NCBI GenBank assembly: GCA_000165345.1
Contig: CM000430.1
Location: 864,001 to 928,000 of the forward strand
Length of the DNA stretch: 64,000 bases
Reading direction: 5' to 3'
Made by a program: the position numbers and the translations under genes. Below are positions 1 through 18,975 of this stretch, piece by piece (positions within the stretch are counted from its first letter, which is position 1; every line of letters begins with the position of its first letter). The notes beneath the pieces were generated by a model. The model did not search any database. It was given only the letters and a program-made list of their open reading frames with translations, and had not been told where the DNA came from.

Positions 1-13
1 AAGAACATATGAA

Positions 14-4543
<4,530 letters not shown>

Positions 4544-4577
4544 GTAATATTAGATAAATAGATATTTGTTATTATTA

Positions 4578-6071
4578 TTAAACAAGTACTAATCCATGAA
4601 AATCATCAAATGCAAGATAACTTTTTTGGAGATTATTAATACTAATACATGAGAAATAAGTTGGTATAATACTTGAATTTGGATAATTATGAATTTGATC
4701 AGAAATAGGAAGTGAAGATTTGACAATCCATATAATATTTGTAATACTTTGATAATCTTCAATCTTTAAAATTTTACTCAAAAAATTTGGAAATATCTTT
4801 GTATGTATAATTCTTGGAAATTTTAACATGAGCTTTTCATTATTTATATTGTTATCAATTTTAATTCCATCTTTTTTATTGGAAATATAATTATCATAAT
4901 AATTATCAATATTTTTATCATTTTTCTTATTCTGGAAAAGATTTTCAACTTCAACAAGTTCTTCAGTGAAGTTATTCTTAAATTTATCATTAACACTGTT
5001 ATTGTTATTGTTATTGTTATTATTAATATTATTATTAATATTATTATTATTATTATTATTATATGTAAATTGGATTATAGGCTCTTCGCAAAAGGATAAT
5101 ATTCCAATAAATCCATGAAATTGAACAATTTGTCGAATTAAAGAAAATATGGAGTTAAAAATGGTATTTTTATTTGTAAAGTACCCAAGAATATGGTACT
5201 TATTTATAATTTGTTCATAATAATTATTTATTATTAATGAACTTAAATCTGCATTCCAAAAATTAATAGAATCAATTACCAATAATTTTGCTTTATTATT
5301 ATGATTATGATTAGAATCAAAATCAATGTTGGTATTTGTAATTGTTTTAAAATCACTATTAAAGTAATTAATAGAAGAGTTATTTATCATTTGCTTTAAA
5401 ATGCATAATAAATCTAATAAATCATTTACAAATATAATATTTAAATTACTGAGACTTTTTTTAATTATTTGATTAATAATAATTTGTTCATCTCTCGTTT
5501 TTATTTTAGAAAAATCAAAATCTTTTTGATTAAAATTGGTTTTATTACTTTTACAATTTTCTTCAATTAATTGAAAATAAAAATTTTGATTTAATAATTT
5601 CTTTTCAATAATAGGAATTAAATGTTTTTCAGTAAAAACTTCAATGGAAAATCCTGAATCAGTATCTATATAATACACTTTCTGATCATGACCACCAATT
5701 TCTTCTGGTAAAATACTTATTGCAATAAGATGCATGATTAGTAAACTTTTTCCTGATCCAATAGATCCCATAATTCCTAAAATATCACCTGGTTTAAAAC
5801 TTGTATTTTCTTTTCCTAATATTTCTTTTAAAATTTCATCTTTTATATCCATACTATATAAATTTTTTATTAAAACTCCTCTTAAAGTATCATCCACTTC
5901 TAATAAATTCTTTTCTTGTATATTATAATGATGATTATGATTATTATCATTTTCATTTCCATCTTTTAATTCTATTTTTCCATTTATTTTTTCTGAAAAT
6001 CCATCATTAATCCCTTCTTTTTTTCGAAAATCTAAATCTCCTGATTTAGAAATGAATTTAAGCATTCCCAT
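4578..6071 (-). CDS. RecA/RAD51-family ATPase paralog (XRCC2/RAD51B-D-like), N-rich inserts
   Basis: 497-aa ORF. Walker A GIMGSIGSGKSLL is followed by YYIDTDSGFS, as in RAD51 paralogs (VVYIDTESAFS). A Walker B-like LLVIDSINFW follows. There is a long N/I-rich low-complexity insert. Confidence 0.55.
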   Translation of the reverse strand: MGMLKFISKSGDLDFRKKEGINDGFSEKINGKIELKDGNENDNNHNHHYNIQEKNLLEVDDTLRGVLIKNLYSMDIKDEILKEILGKENTSFKPGDILGIMGSIGSGKSLLIMHLIAISILPEEIGGHDQKVYYIDTDSGFSIEVFTEKHLIPIIEKKLLNQNFYFQLIEENCKSNKTNFNQKDFDFSKIKTRDEQIIINQIIKKSLSNLNIIFVNDLLDLLCILKQMINNSSINYFNSDFKTITNTNIDFDSNHNHNNKAKLLVIDSINFWNADLSSLIINNYYEQIINKYHILGYFTNKNTIFNSIFSLIRQIVQFHGFIGILSFCEEPIIQFTYNNNNNNNINNNINNNNNNNNNSVNDKFKNNFTEELVEVENLFQNKKNDKNIDNYYDNYISNKKDGIKIDNNINNEKLMLKFPRIIHTKIFPNFLSKILKIEDYQSITNIIWIVKSSLPISDQIHNYPNSSIIPTYFSCISINNLQKSYLAFDDFHGLVLV

Positions 6072-6395
6072 TGTTAAAGATATTTCAAGGAGAAAAAAAA
6101 ATGAAGGAAGAAAAGTTTAGAATAAAAATAGTAAATTTAAAGTAAAGCTTTATATACCCCCAATTAATTAAAAAAAAAAAAAAGTCTTTACTCTTTTAAA
6201 TATTACTATTTATTCTTATTTAGTTGCATTTTTTATTTCTTTTCTTTCAGAAAAAAAAAGAAAATAGAAATAAAAATTTTTTATTTGATTATTCTTCAGT
6301 TATTATTATTACTATTTGCTTTATTCTCCTCACACCATTTTATTTATTAATACCGGTACTAATATTCTTTCGGCGCCTGTCCACAAAGTCTTTAA

Positions 6396-6440
6396 TGCAT
6401 GCATGAGTTGCAATTACGTGTAATTTGAGTGCATGCAAGT
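6396..6440. promoter_or_regulatory. TGCATGCA box cluster (TAATGCATGCATGAG ... GAGTGCATGCAAG) with a TTACGTGTAA core
   Basis: It lies in the divergent intergenic region between the RAD51-like gene and the CDK-like kinase gene, about 20 bp downstream of TTTCGGCGCCTG at 6369. Confidence 0.45.
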
Positions 6441-6540
6441 AATAATTTATTTGCAATTATTATATAAATAATGTTATATTAAAAAAATTAAAAGTTTTTA
6501 ATAAATAATAATAATAATTAAAAATGATTTGGAGATAATA

Positions 6541-6573
6541 ATAATCATAATCATAATCATAATCATAATCATC
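6541..6573. repeat. (ATAATC)5 hexanucleotide microsatellite
   Basis: Read directly from the sequence. Confidence 0.9.
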
Positions 6574-6756
6574 ACAAAAATATAATATTTCATTTTCAAG
6601 TTTGGAATATATTTATAATATTAATAATTTTAATAAAAAAAAAATAAGGTAAAAACTGCTACAATACTACCAATAACAGCAATATAGCATTAATAAAAAC
6701 ACAAAACAAGGCAAAAACTGCATTACAATAGTTACAATAAAATATCAACTAATACC

Positions 6757-7953
6757 ATGAGAAAAACAAAACAATCCAATCAAAACCAAAATATACCTGA
6801 AAATCAATATATTCCCATTAATAACTATAAAGTTATTAAAATACTTGGAAAAGGTGCCTACGGAACTGTATATCAAGCTATTAAAAAAGATAATCAAAGT
6901 GATACAGAAATGGCTTTAAATATTAATGAAAATTCTTCTCAAAATTCTCAAGATAAATATAAAACAAAAATAAAAACAAAAACAACAAAAAACTATTATA
7001 ATAATAAAAAGTACTATGCTATTAAAGCTTTTGATAAAGATTTATCTAAAAAAGGTATTCATCCAAGTATACTTAGAGAAATTGGTATTCTTAAAGAATT
7101 ATCTAATCATCATTATTTTAATCAATTATTCATTCAATTAGAAGATGTTATACTTGAAAATGATCGTATATTTGCTATTTATGAATATGGTGGTATATCA
7201 TTATTAACTTTTATTGAAGAAAAATGTTCACATTATAATTATAAAAATAATCAAACTCATCCTCACCCTCACCCAATATTAAATCTACAATTTGGTATTA
7301 ATATATTTTTTCAAATTATTAATTCTATACAATTCTTACATAATCTTGGAATTGTACATCGTGATCTTAAACCTGAAAATATACTTATTAATGAAGATAA
7401 TCTACAAATCAAAATTGCTGATTTTGGACTTGCTAGATCTATTCGAAATCATTCATATACTAATTTTACAAATGATGTTGTTACTATTTATTATAAATCA
7501 CCAGAACTTATTATTTATTCAAATATGGATAATTTTAATAATAAAAATCATTTTATTCCAGAAATCTCTCTTCCTTTTTCAATTGATTCTTGGAGTATTG
7601 GAGTTATTGCTCTTGAATTATTTATTATTATATGTAATCAATATAATAATTCTCAAAATCAAAATTATTCAATATATAATACAAGAAATCATCTTAAAAA
7701 TCAAAAAAATGATTCAATTATTTGGTCACCTTTCTTTTTTGAAGGTAATGAACTTTCTGTATTAGATTCTATTCAGAAAATTCTTCATCCAAGTCAAAAA
7801 ATTAATAATCTCAAAAACTTGCTCTTACCATTATTTCAATCTTATCCACAAATATTTTATCTTATTTCAGAATTACTTGAATTGGATCCTAATAAAAGAT
7901 GTTCCTGTATTCAAGCTTTTCAAATACTTGAAAATTTTAAGTCAAATAATTAA
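6757..7953 (+). CDS. CDK-related Ser/Thr protein kinase (cdc2-like; PSILRE variant of PSTAIRE)
   Basis: 398-aa ORF. Kinase motifs are the glycine loop GKGAYGTV, the catalytic lysine in AIK, HRDLKPENIL and DFGLARS. The cyclin-binding helix reads GIHPSILREIGILKEL. There are N/K-rich inserts. Confidence 0.8.
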   Translation: MRKTKQSNQNQNIPENQYIPINNYKVIKILGKGAYGTVYQAIKKDNQSDTEMALNINENSSQNSQDKYKTKIKTKTTKNYYNNKKYYAIKAFDKDLSKKGIHPSILREIGILKELSNHHYFNQLFIQLEDVILENDRIFAIYEYGGISLLTFIEEKCSHYNYKNNQTHPHPHPILNLQFGINIFFQIINSIQFLHNLGIVHRDLKPENILINEDNLQIKIADFGLARSIRNHSYTNFTNDVVTIYYKSPELIIYSNMDNFNNKNHFIPEISLPFSIDSWSIGVIALELFIIICNQYNNSQNQNYSIYNTRNHLKNQKNDSIIWSPFFFEGNELSVLDSIQKILHPSQKINNLKNLLLPLFQSYPQIFYLISELLELDPNKRCSCIQAFQILENFKSNN

Positions 7954-7969
7954 CTATTCACTACAATTT

Positions 7970-11695
<3,726 letters not shown>

Positions 11696-12338
11696 TTTTT
11701 ACCAAATATTAAAGGGTAAAAAAAAAAAAAAAAGTATGCTTTCTTTCTTTATAATTACAGTTTGTTTTTCATTCCCACGCTTATAATGTAATTATTTTAT
11801 TGAATTCTGTGTCAAAAAAATAGGATAATTATCAAACAGTCTTGACCTGTTGTGCATGTATTTTCTGATCATATGCATTTGCATTACCGCTTCTTGCACC
11901 ATTATAGTTTTTCAATTTTATATTGTAGAATAACCCACAAAGGCGTCAATGTCGTATTTACCATCTTTTAAATTAAATTTTGGATATTTGAGAAGATTGA
12001 AATTATATTTTAATAAATATTAAAGAATTGTTTGAAGTTTGTCTTTTTTTTTAAATAAAAAGTTACCATAAAACTTTCCTTTAATAGTTTTATAATTTAG
12101 TATTTACTAATACTAAATTAAATTTGAAACTATTTCATTTTCTATTCTTTTTTTTCCTTTCTTTTTTTTCTGTTGGTAAAAATCTAAAATAATACTTTTG
12201 ATTTAAAATCTGACCATTCTATATATTTAACTAATATATAATTTTTTTTTTTTTTAAATTAATATTTTCAGATTAATTTTTGTGTAACCGCCCCACACGC
12301 AATTAGTCAAATATATAAATACAGAAAAAAAAAAAAAA

Positions 12339-12419
12339 TGCATTGGCGCCAAGTTGTCATTATATTATTAATTCTTGTAATTAAAAAGAAAAAAATTGAG
12401 AAAATGTGGCGCCAATGCA
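12339..12419. promoter_or_regulatory. Inverted pair of E2F-like sites (TGCATTGGCGCCA ... 55 bp ... TGGCGCCAATGCA)
   Basis: The two 13-nt arms are exact reverse complements. They sit in the divergent intergenic region between the coiled-coil gene (minus strand, ATG at 11695) and ERH (plus strand, ATG at 12880). Confidence 0.55.
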
Positions 12420-12879
12420 ATATTATTAGTTATATGGTCTTCCCACATTATTAAAGTAATATTAACAAATAAATATTATTAATAAGTAAAAAATTGGAGG
12501 AATTAACCGCATATTGTGTTAATGATGGGAAATTTTTAATATAGATAATAATTTAAAAACAATCACAATTTTCATTATCATAAACCAAAGAGGGAAGAAA
12601 TAATATCTTTGAAAAAAAATAATAATAATAAAAAGCCTCTTGGATTATTGTTTTTTTTTTTCTTCTCTTTTTCTTATACATCAAACTAGAAGTCAAAAGA
12701 AAATAAACAAAATTCAAATAATTTACTTGCTTAAATATAAATTAAGTGGAAACCTGTCAGATTAAATAATAATAGTATTCCTCAAAAAATTATTTAAAGT
12801 TATACTATTTCTCAATTTTTTTTTTAATTCTTTCTACATATTAAAGTTGTATATTTTTTTCAATTAAATTATTATAATA

Positions 12880-13338
12880 ATGGCACAAAATCAAGGACTT
12901 CATACTCTTTTATTAATTCAATATTCGAATAATATTAGTACAAGATCTTATATGGATTATGACTCTGTATCTCAAGCTGTTGATGGTAAGATGAATTTCT
13001 TAATTTATAAATAATTTAATTAATACTTAAAAAAAATTTTTTATTTTTCATATATTTTCAGGAGTTTGTCAAATTTATGAACAAAGCATAAAATGTGCAT
13101 TTTCTAATTTAAAAGAAGTTACGTACAGCATTGAAGACTTAGTAAAATACATTAACTCACTTTATGATATATGCATGCTCACGTAAGTTAATAATACCTG
13201 AATTTTTGATTTTATGTATTATATATTACTTGATGAATTTTTAGTCGGGATGGAACAAATCGCAGATATATTCCTCACGATCGCAAGTGGATTATTGACC
13301 AGATTTATTTAAAAATGAAAAGAAGAGCAGCTAACTAG
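12880..13338 (+). CDS. ERH: Enhancer of rudimentary homolog (ERH), 3 exons
   Basis: Exons are 12880..12985, 13062..13182 and 13245..13338. Introns are 76 and 62 nt (GTAAGA..TTTTCAG and GTAAGT..TTTTAG). The spliced protein is MAQNQGLHTLLLIQYSNNISTRSYMDYDSVSQAVDG/VCQIYEQSIKCAFSNLKEVTYSIEDLVKYINSLYDICMLT/RDGTNRRYIPHDRKWIIDQIYLKMKRRAAN, 106 aa. It aligns along its whole length with ERH (TILLVQP..YADYESV..GVCKMYEEHLK..YDISQLFDFIDDLADLSCLVY..YNKDWIKEKIYVLLRRQA). Confidence 0.8.
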
Positions 13339-14101
13339 AAATTTAGATAGGAAATCAGAATAATAAATATTAGTATTTTCAATATATTATATATATATTC
13401 TATATTTTGCACATACTGAGTCTCTACAACCTTATAATAGTAATAGTAATAATATTAAAAATAATTATTATTATTATCATTATTGGCCTATTAAAATTCG
13501 GATTAATTAAATAATAAAACTTTATTGGTCATGAAAAATAAGATTATATTGATAACTAATATTAAAAAACAATTTACTCTTGCCATTATGCCTAATATTT
13601 CTAAATATACTTAATTTTTTCCATATTTATTATTATCATCTTTGCATGCATTCATTATTGTTATTATTTAATAATTTTCATGTGGATAAATTTTATTAAT
13701 TTCTGTACCGGCATAATAGTAATTACGTAATACCGGAGTGATAGTAAATTAATTGCATGCATTAAAAAAAAATTTTTTTGATTGCATGTGGATTTGAATT
13801 AAAAAAAATCATATCAAATATTAATAATAATAATAAATTATAAGTAATTGAAATGTCAAATTGATATAAAGCTGATTAAAGAGGGGCAAGAAAAGACTGA
13901 AATTTATTAAACAAATTTCAATATATATAAGAGAAAGATAAATTAGAGATAGAAAAGGAAAGAGGAGAGAAAAAAAACAAATTAAAGACTTGATTTTAGT
14001 AATAATACTATTATTGAAATAAAGAAAAACGTCTAATTTTTAAATAATAATATTTACATACAAATATATATAATATTTATTTATAATATAAATTTAATTT
14101 A

Positions 14102-14813
14102 ATGAAAATGAAGGTAACACTTTTATTTGGATTACTTGGATTATTTAGTGCAGTGAAAGGTGAAATGCAACAAATTAGAAAATATAATTATGGCAAAGAT
14201 TTATGTGAATTTGATATGAATAGTGTATTAAAAAGAATTCCATCATTAACAGATTTATCAACTGGAGATATTGTTCAAACACATTTATCTAATGAAGAAT
14301 TTGAAATTTCAAGTAATGGTGTAAGTTTTTTCATTCTTTCTTTATTTAATAAAATTTTCTAATAATTTTTGTTTTTTATTGAATAAATTTTAGAAACAAA
14401 TTAAATCCATTTCATTAGATGAAATAATAACTCCATTAGAAACTACTCCAAGTACTGATCAATGTTTTACAATCACATATGGAAGTAATGGAGATATTGA
14501 GACTTTATGTTCAGATTCTATTGGTGCTAGAAATTATATAATGAAGAAAATTACAATGAGTGTAAGTTTTTAATAATTATAAAAAAAAAAAAAAAGAAAG
14601 AAATAATTAATTCATTTTCTTTATTAATCTTAGATTCTTTGTTTACATTTGGGGAAAATGAGAACTGAGATTTCTGGAATTTCTCCATTAGAACAGCAAG
14701 CAAGTATGGAATTACAAGGAAATATTCCTGAAGAAGGTACTATTACTGTTCGTTTGGAAGGTATTGATGAAATTCCTAATATTGAAGTTGTAACAAATGA
14801 TGTCAAAAAATAA
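14102..14813 (+). CDS. Secreted protein of unknown function, 3 exons
   Basis: Exons are 14102..14320, 14394..14561 and 14634..14813. Introns are 73 and 72 nt (GTAAGT..TTTTAG and GTAAGT..TCTTAG). The N-terminal signal peptide is MKMKVTLLFGLLGLFSAVKG. The three pieces join in frame to a 188-aa product. Confidence 0.5.
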
Positions 14814-15267
14814 TAAATTTTAATATATAATGTGTATATAAACAAGAATAAAAAGTAAAAAGGGCATAATAATTACATTAAGAAAAAATAAATAAATACA
14901 ATAATCATAAATTTTCTTAAATTTATATTTAAAATATAATAATTAATAGAAATCTTCTTTGTTAATATTAAGTCCCTGTATATTTATATACAAAATATCA
15001 ATTTCTAAACAATGTATTTTTTTGAATTCTCTTTCATTCTCTACAAATAAAGAATTAATATTAATTTCACAAATTCAGTAAATATATTTAATATTCGTTA
15101 TGTTAAACAAAAGCTACAGTAATAACTAGAGGGTTTAAATGAGGGGAAAATAACTGGAATAAATAATTAATATAAATCAGAAATATTGAAATGTATCATC
15201 TGAGGATGATTTTTTTTTTTCTTCTTTTGTACCAATATTATTAAATTAGTACTGTGATTAATGCTGC

Positions 15268-18200
15268 TTATTGTTTTTGCAAGCTCTTTTGTTTTGAAAT
15301 GTAAAGCTCTTCCTGAGAAGTCATATAGTTATAATAAGCAGAATTCCCAACGAGGTTGGATCTTTCTCCAACAACTACAACTGAGCCATACTGTGCAGCA
15401 ATTGCTGCTCCACCTAGAACATCCTCCACATCAATATCCTTCAAAATATCTGCTAGTGCTTTGGCTTTTTGTTTATGAACTTTTTTGACCCACTTATGCT
15501 TTCGAAGGTCAAAAACATCTTGGATTAAACAATTCAATCTTGTTGAAATAGATGTATTCTGTAATTCTCTTAGTCTTCCAAACCATTGATCCACAATCAT
15601 CTGTGATTTCTCATTAGAATCCAAGTAATATCCTGTAGTCATAATTAATTGGCAAAGACATTCTACAGCATATTCATCAGGATTCTCTTGTATCATTACT
15701 AGATCAAATACTAGTTCATTCAAACTTCTCATTGGGAACATCTTTCTAATGAAGAGTTCTCCAATCAGTCGGATTATCCCCAAAACATGTAACTTTCGCT
15801 TCCTATACAATATTGCCAGCTCCTCTGAATCGTATTTCTCACGCTCTTCATCTGTTGGAGTCATATTTCGAGGCATATTCTTAAACTCTTGTTCACATCT
15901 TGCCAACAGGGCTTTACTAAAAGCAATTGTTGACTTTCCATCTTTATTCACAAGAACTGGACTCCTCCATTTAAGTATCTGACATAAATCTGCATACATC
16001 TCCGAGAAATCAGGCTCTGTTATTGCTTTATCCAATACTTGCTTCACTAATTCCTCTAGTTCATCCACATTCTTAATCTCATCAATACATACAGCGAGCT
16101 TCTCTGCTATTACTGTAAACTTCTCCACAGTTATTTTATTCAGTAGACTCTTCACAGCTCTCCTTACCGTTTCTAAGGAGTCAACAGTCTGGCCTCCATG
16201 TAAACTTCGTCTCCACGGTCCAACTACTCCGCTGGTACCGCTGCTGCTGCTACTACTACTACTAGTACTGTTGCTATTACTATTACTATTGCTACTACTA
16301 CTGCTGCTAGTAGGAGTTATATTATTACCATTGCCACTACCACCAGTATTATTAGAACTTCCCTCTTTATTATCTGAAGCTGGAATTGACGATTCTAATT
16401 TCTCTCTTCCTTCAATATCTCTGTTTGTTTTTAGGTCGTTCTTCTCTGCAACGATAGAGCTTTCATTAATATTGGTATTGATATTAAAGTCAGCGGATTT
16501 GTTATTTCCATCCAAGTATTCAGAACCCTTGCAAGATAACTTATTACTCATAGAATCTGATCCAGTTGTCACTTTTGCAGAACCAGTATTCTCCGATTCA
16601 TTTGAAGCTGTGGATAACTTCTTTCTAGAATCAACTGATTTCCCTTTCTCTAAACTCATTTCTATATTTGAGGGGTGCTGAGTAACTCCACTTTGGGCCT
16701 TATTTGATATGTTCTTGGACTCATTTTCATTTGGTGAAGCTGATGAAAATACATCTCCGTTATGTGTCTTCTGTTGATCCCCAGTTACATATTTAGGTCT
16801 TTCTTTGGGATGCCCGCCAACTTGGTGACCAGTGGACATTTGACCTCCATTAGTCCCTCCTGATGGGTTGTTGATATTCCTCAAATTCTTATTAAACCTC
16901 TTCTTGTTCTTTTTTTTTTTTAGATCTTCCGAAGTTGTACCACCTACTGCATTCTGCCCATACATATGACCTCCGCTACCCTCTGTTGAATGTTTTGGAT
17001 GAACAAAATTCTGGTTTGGCCCGCCATTGCATGCGTTTGTACCCTTTCCCACATTCTTTGGTCCAGAATATCTTCCATGGCGCCCATATGTGTGATCCCC
17101 GCCATTTTGATTTTTCCATGAACCACCAGTATTATTAGAGAAGTTGTGATTATGACTGTATTGGTTGTGATTATTTGAAGGAATATTTGATCTCAAATTA
17201 TGATCAGTATTGGATTTTTGAGTATTAGAGTAGTCATCTTTAGTCATATCCTTATGTTCTGCAGCAAAATCAGAATTATTGCTCTGTTGTGAATGGGATG
17301 GTTTTTGTGATTGAGCCTGAGGCTGTTGTTGAGTTATGGGCTGGTTCTTTTGTCTTTGTTCAACATTAGCTGTAAGATTATGTTCAGATTCGGAACCTAT
17401 TATTGTTGTCGTTGTCGTTGTTGTCGTTGCTGCTGCTCCAGACCCTGGCTTCCCATTTGAAAAATTCTTGTGTAAAACTGTTCTTGATTCCTTGAGAGAT
17501 GCGTCATTATTGTCTTTTTGGTTAACTCCATGTGATCCTCCTTTACCAATACTGTCCTTGTGCTGATGGTAGTTTGAGTGCTCTCGAGCGCCATGCTGCC
17601 TGCCATACCCATAGTAGTGAGAATCCCCTCCTCCTCTTCTATTTGGAGTTGCATGAAAATCCTTTCTAGAGGTGCTAATACCATTGTTGTTTTGAGAAGA
17701 ATAGTGTTTTCCTCCTTCCTCTTTTGTTGTGGTAGTATGAGGCGTAACATTAGTAATATTGGAAGTATTCGTTGTTGATGATATTACAGTAGTATTTGCG
17801 GGTTTAGATGAGGTAGATGTCGCTACTACTTCTGAGCTAATACTAGTGGTATTTTCAATAGCAGTATTATTGGAAGGGCCATTTTGGAATTGCTGCTGAG
17901 ATTTGTTGTGCTGGTTAAGTTTAGATTGAGAGTTATGCAAAGTCCCTCCTGCACCTCCACCCGAGTTAGAGGATGGGGGAGGTTGTTTTCTATTCAGATC
18001 GTATCCGCCTCCGGAAGAACTTCCATGATTATGTTGTCTATTTCCTGAGTATCCGTATCCTCTTCCTCTTCTATCTTGGTTGTATCTACCCTCATGGTGG
18101 CTGTTATGGCTCGATGACGAGTATGTCTGGTGCTTTTGTTGGAAGTTAGATGATATCTGTCTCTGACTAACTTGTTTGGGATGTTGGGTAGTATTTTGGC

Positions 18201-18975
18201 CTTGGTGTTGTTGCTGGTGTTGTTGTTGCTGCTGGTGTTGGTGTTGTTGCTGGTGTTGGTGTTGTTGTTGCTGGTGATGTTGTTGATGATGTTGCTGATG
18301 ATGTTGTTGTTGATGATGTTGTTGATGATGTTGTTGTTGTTGGTGTTGGTGGTGTTGTTGTTGTTGGTGTTGTTGGTGTTGTTGTTGTTGTTGTTGGTGT
18401 TGTTGCTGATGATGTTGTTGTTGCTGACGTTGTTGTTGGTGATTCTGTTGTTGATGATGGCTTGGCTGTATCTTTTCTGGTTTATTATTCTTTGCATGGC
18501 TGGGTTTAGAATTGTCATCATTTCCTGTAATATAAGTGCTATTATTATTAGTAACATTAGAGTGTTGTCCCTTATCGGAGTTGTCTCTATGAGTACTATA
18601 ATATTGGTCTTTAACACCTCCATTGTTAACAGAGAAGTTTTTGTTAGAACTACTAACATTATTTACATGTTTATTGCTATTTAGACGTGGTTCGTTGTTA
18701 CTCATGTGTTCTTTATTTCCATTGTGATTGCTTACAATCTCATGAGAACTTTCACTCACATCCTTAGAACTCCTACTTATATTGCCATTCACGTGATTAT
18801 CATGCAAACCTCCGCCAGTACTTGCATTTGTGGATACATATCTGTTGTGTATTTTATCCTTTTCTTTGCCTATACTGCTCTTTTGAGCTCCATTCGTTGG
18901 TGACCTTTGAAAGGGACGCCTGAACTTTCGCTTCTTATCATTAGTATGACGCTCCTGTTGTTTCTCTGCCACCAT
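15268..18975 (-). CDS. MIF4G-domain protein (eIF4G-like) with a ~950-aa low-complexity N-terminal region
   Basis: 1235-aa ORF. The C-terminal ~250 aa carry a MIF4G-type HEAT-repeat motif (ELVKQVLDKAITEPDFSEMYADLCQILKWRSP...LHVLGIIRLIGELF...DPDEYAVECLCQLIMTTGYYLD). The N-terminus is S/N/G/H-rich, with a ~100-aa Q/H tract encoded by CAA/CAC/CAG repeats. Confidence 0.7.
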   Translation of the reverse strand: MVAEKQQERHTNDKKRKFRRPFQRSPTNGAQKSSIGKEKDKIHNRYVSTNASTGGGLHDNHVNGNISRSSKDVSESSHEIVSNHNGNKEHMSNNEPRLNSNKHVNNVSSSNKNFSVNNGGVKDQYYSTHRDNSDKGQHSNVTNNNSTYITGNDDNSKPSHAKNNKPEKIQPSHHQQQNHQQQRQQQQHHQQQHQQQQQQHQQHQQQQHHQHQQQQHHQQHHQQQHHQQHHQQHHQQQQHQHQQQHQHQQQQQHQQQHQGQNTTQHPKQVSQRQISSNFQQKHQTYSSSSHNSHHEGRYNQDRRGRGYGYSGNRQHNHGSSSGGGYDLNRKQPPPSSNSGGGAGGTLHNSQSKLNQHNKSQQQFQNGPSNNTAIENTTSISSEVVATSTSSKPANTTVISSTTNTSNITNVTPHTTTTKEEGGKHYSSQNNNGISTSRKDFHATPNRRGGGDSHYYGYGRQHGAREHSNYHQHKDSIGKGGSHGVNQKDNNDASLKESRTVLHKNFSNGKPGSGAAATTTTTTTTIIGSESEHNLTANVEQRQKNQPITQQQPQAQSQKPSHSQQSNNSDFAAEHKDMTKDDYSNTQKSNTDHNLRSNIPSNNHNQYSHNHNFSNNTGGSWKNQNGGDHTYGRHGRYSGPKNVGKGTNACNGGPNQNFVHPKHSTEGSGGHMYGQNAVGGTTSEDLKKKKNKKRFNKNLRNINNPSGGTNGGQMSTGHQVGGHPKERPKYVTGDQQKTHNGDVFSSASPNENESKNISNKAQSGVTQHPSNIEMSLEKGKSVDSRKKLSTASNESENTGSAKVTTGSDSMSNKLSCKGSEYLDGNNKSADFNINTNINESSIVAEKNDLKTNRDIEGREKLESSIPASDNKEGSSNNTGGSGNGNNITPTSSSSSSNSNSNSNSTSSSSSSSSGTSGVVGPWRRSLHGGQTVDSLETVRRAVKSLLNKITVEKFTVIAEKLAVCIDEIKNVDELEELVKQVLDKAITEPDFSEMYADLCQILKWRSPVLVNKDGKSTIAFSKALLARCEQEFKNMPRNMTPTDEEREKYDSEELAILYRKRKLHVLGIIRLIGELFIRKMFPMRSLNELVFDLVMIQENPDEYAVECLCQLIMTTGYYLDSNEKSQMIVDQWFGRLRELQNTSISTRLNCLIQDVFDLRKHKWVKKVHKQKAKALADILKDIDVEDVLGGAAIAAQYGSVVVVGERSNLVGNSAYYNYMTSQEELYISKQKSLQKQ
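18190..18470 (-). repeat. Imperfect (CAA/CAC/CAG)n coding trinucleotide repeat (poly-Q/H)
   Basis: The plus strand reads as tandem TTG/GTG/CTG triplets. These are the reverse complement of CAA/CAC/CAG and lie inside the MIF4G gene. Confidence 0.8.

Noticed and set aside
7292-7765. 157-aa ORF overlapping the kinase gene in another frame
   Set aside because: It is an I/L/K-rich alternative-frame reading of AT-rich coding DNA. The kinase frame carries all the conserved catalytic motifs.
18172-18684. 170-aa poly-Leu/Val/Met ORF on the plus strand, and similar ORFs at 16271..16681, 8862..9074 and 10927..11154
   Set aside because: They are antisense readings of CAA/CAC, AAT and TCT coding repeats inside the MIF4G and coiled-coil genes. 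They are compositional artefacts, not genes.
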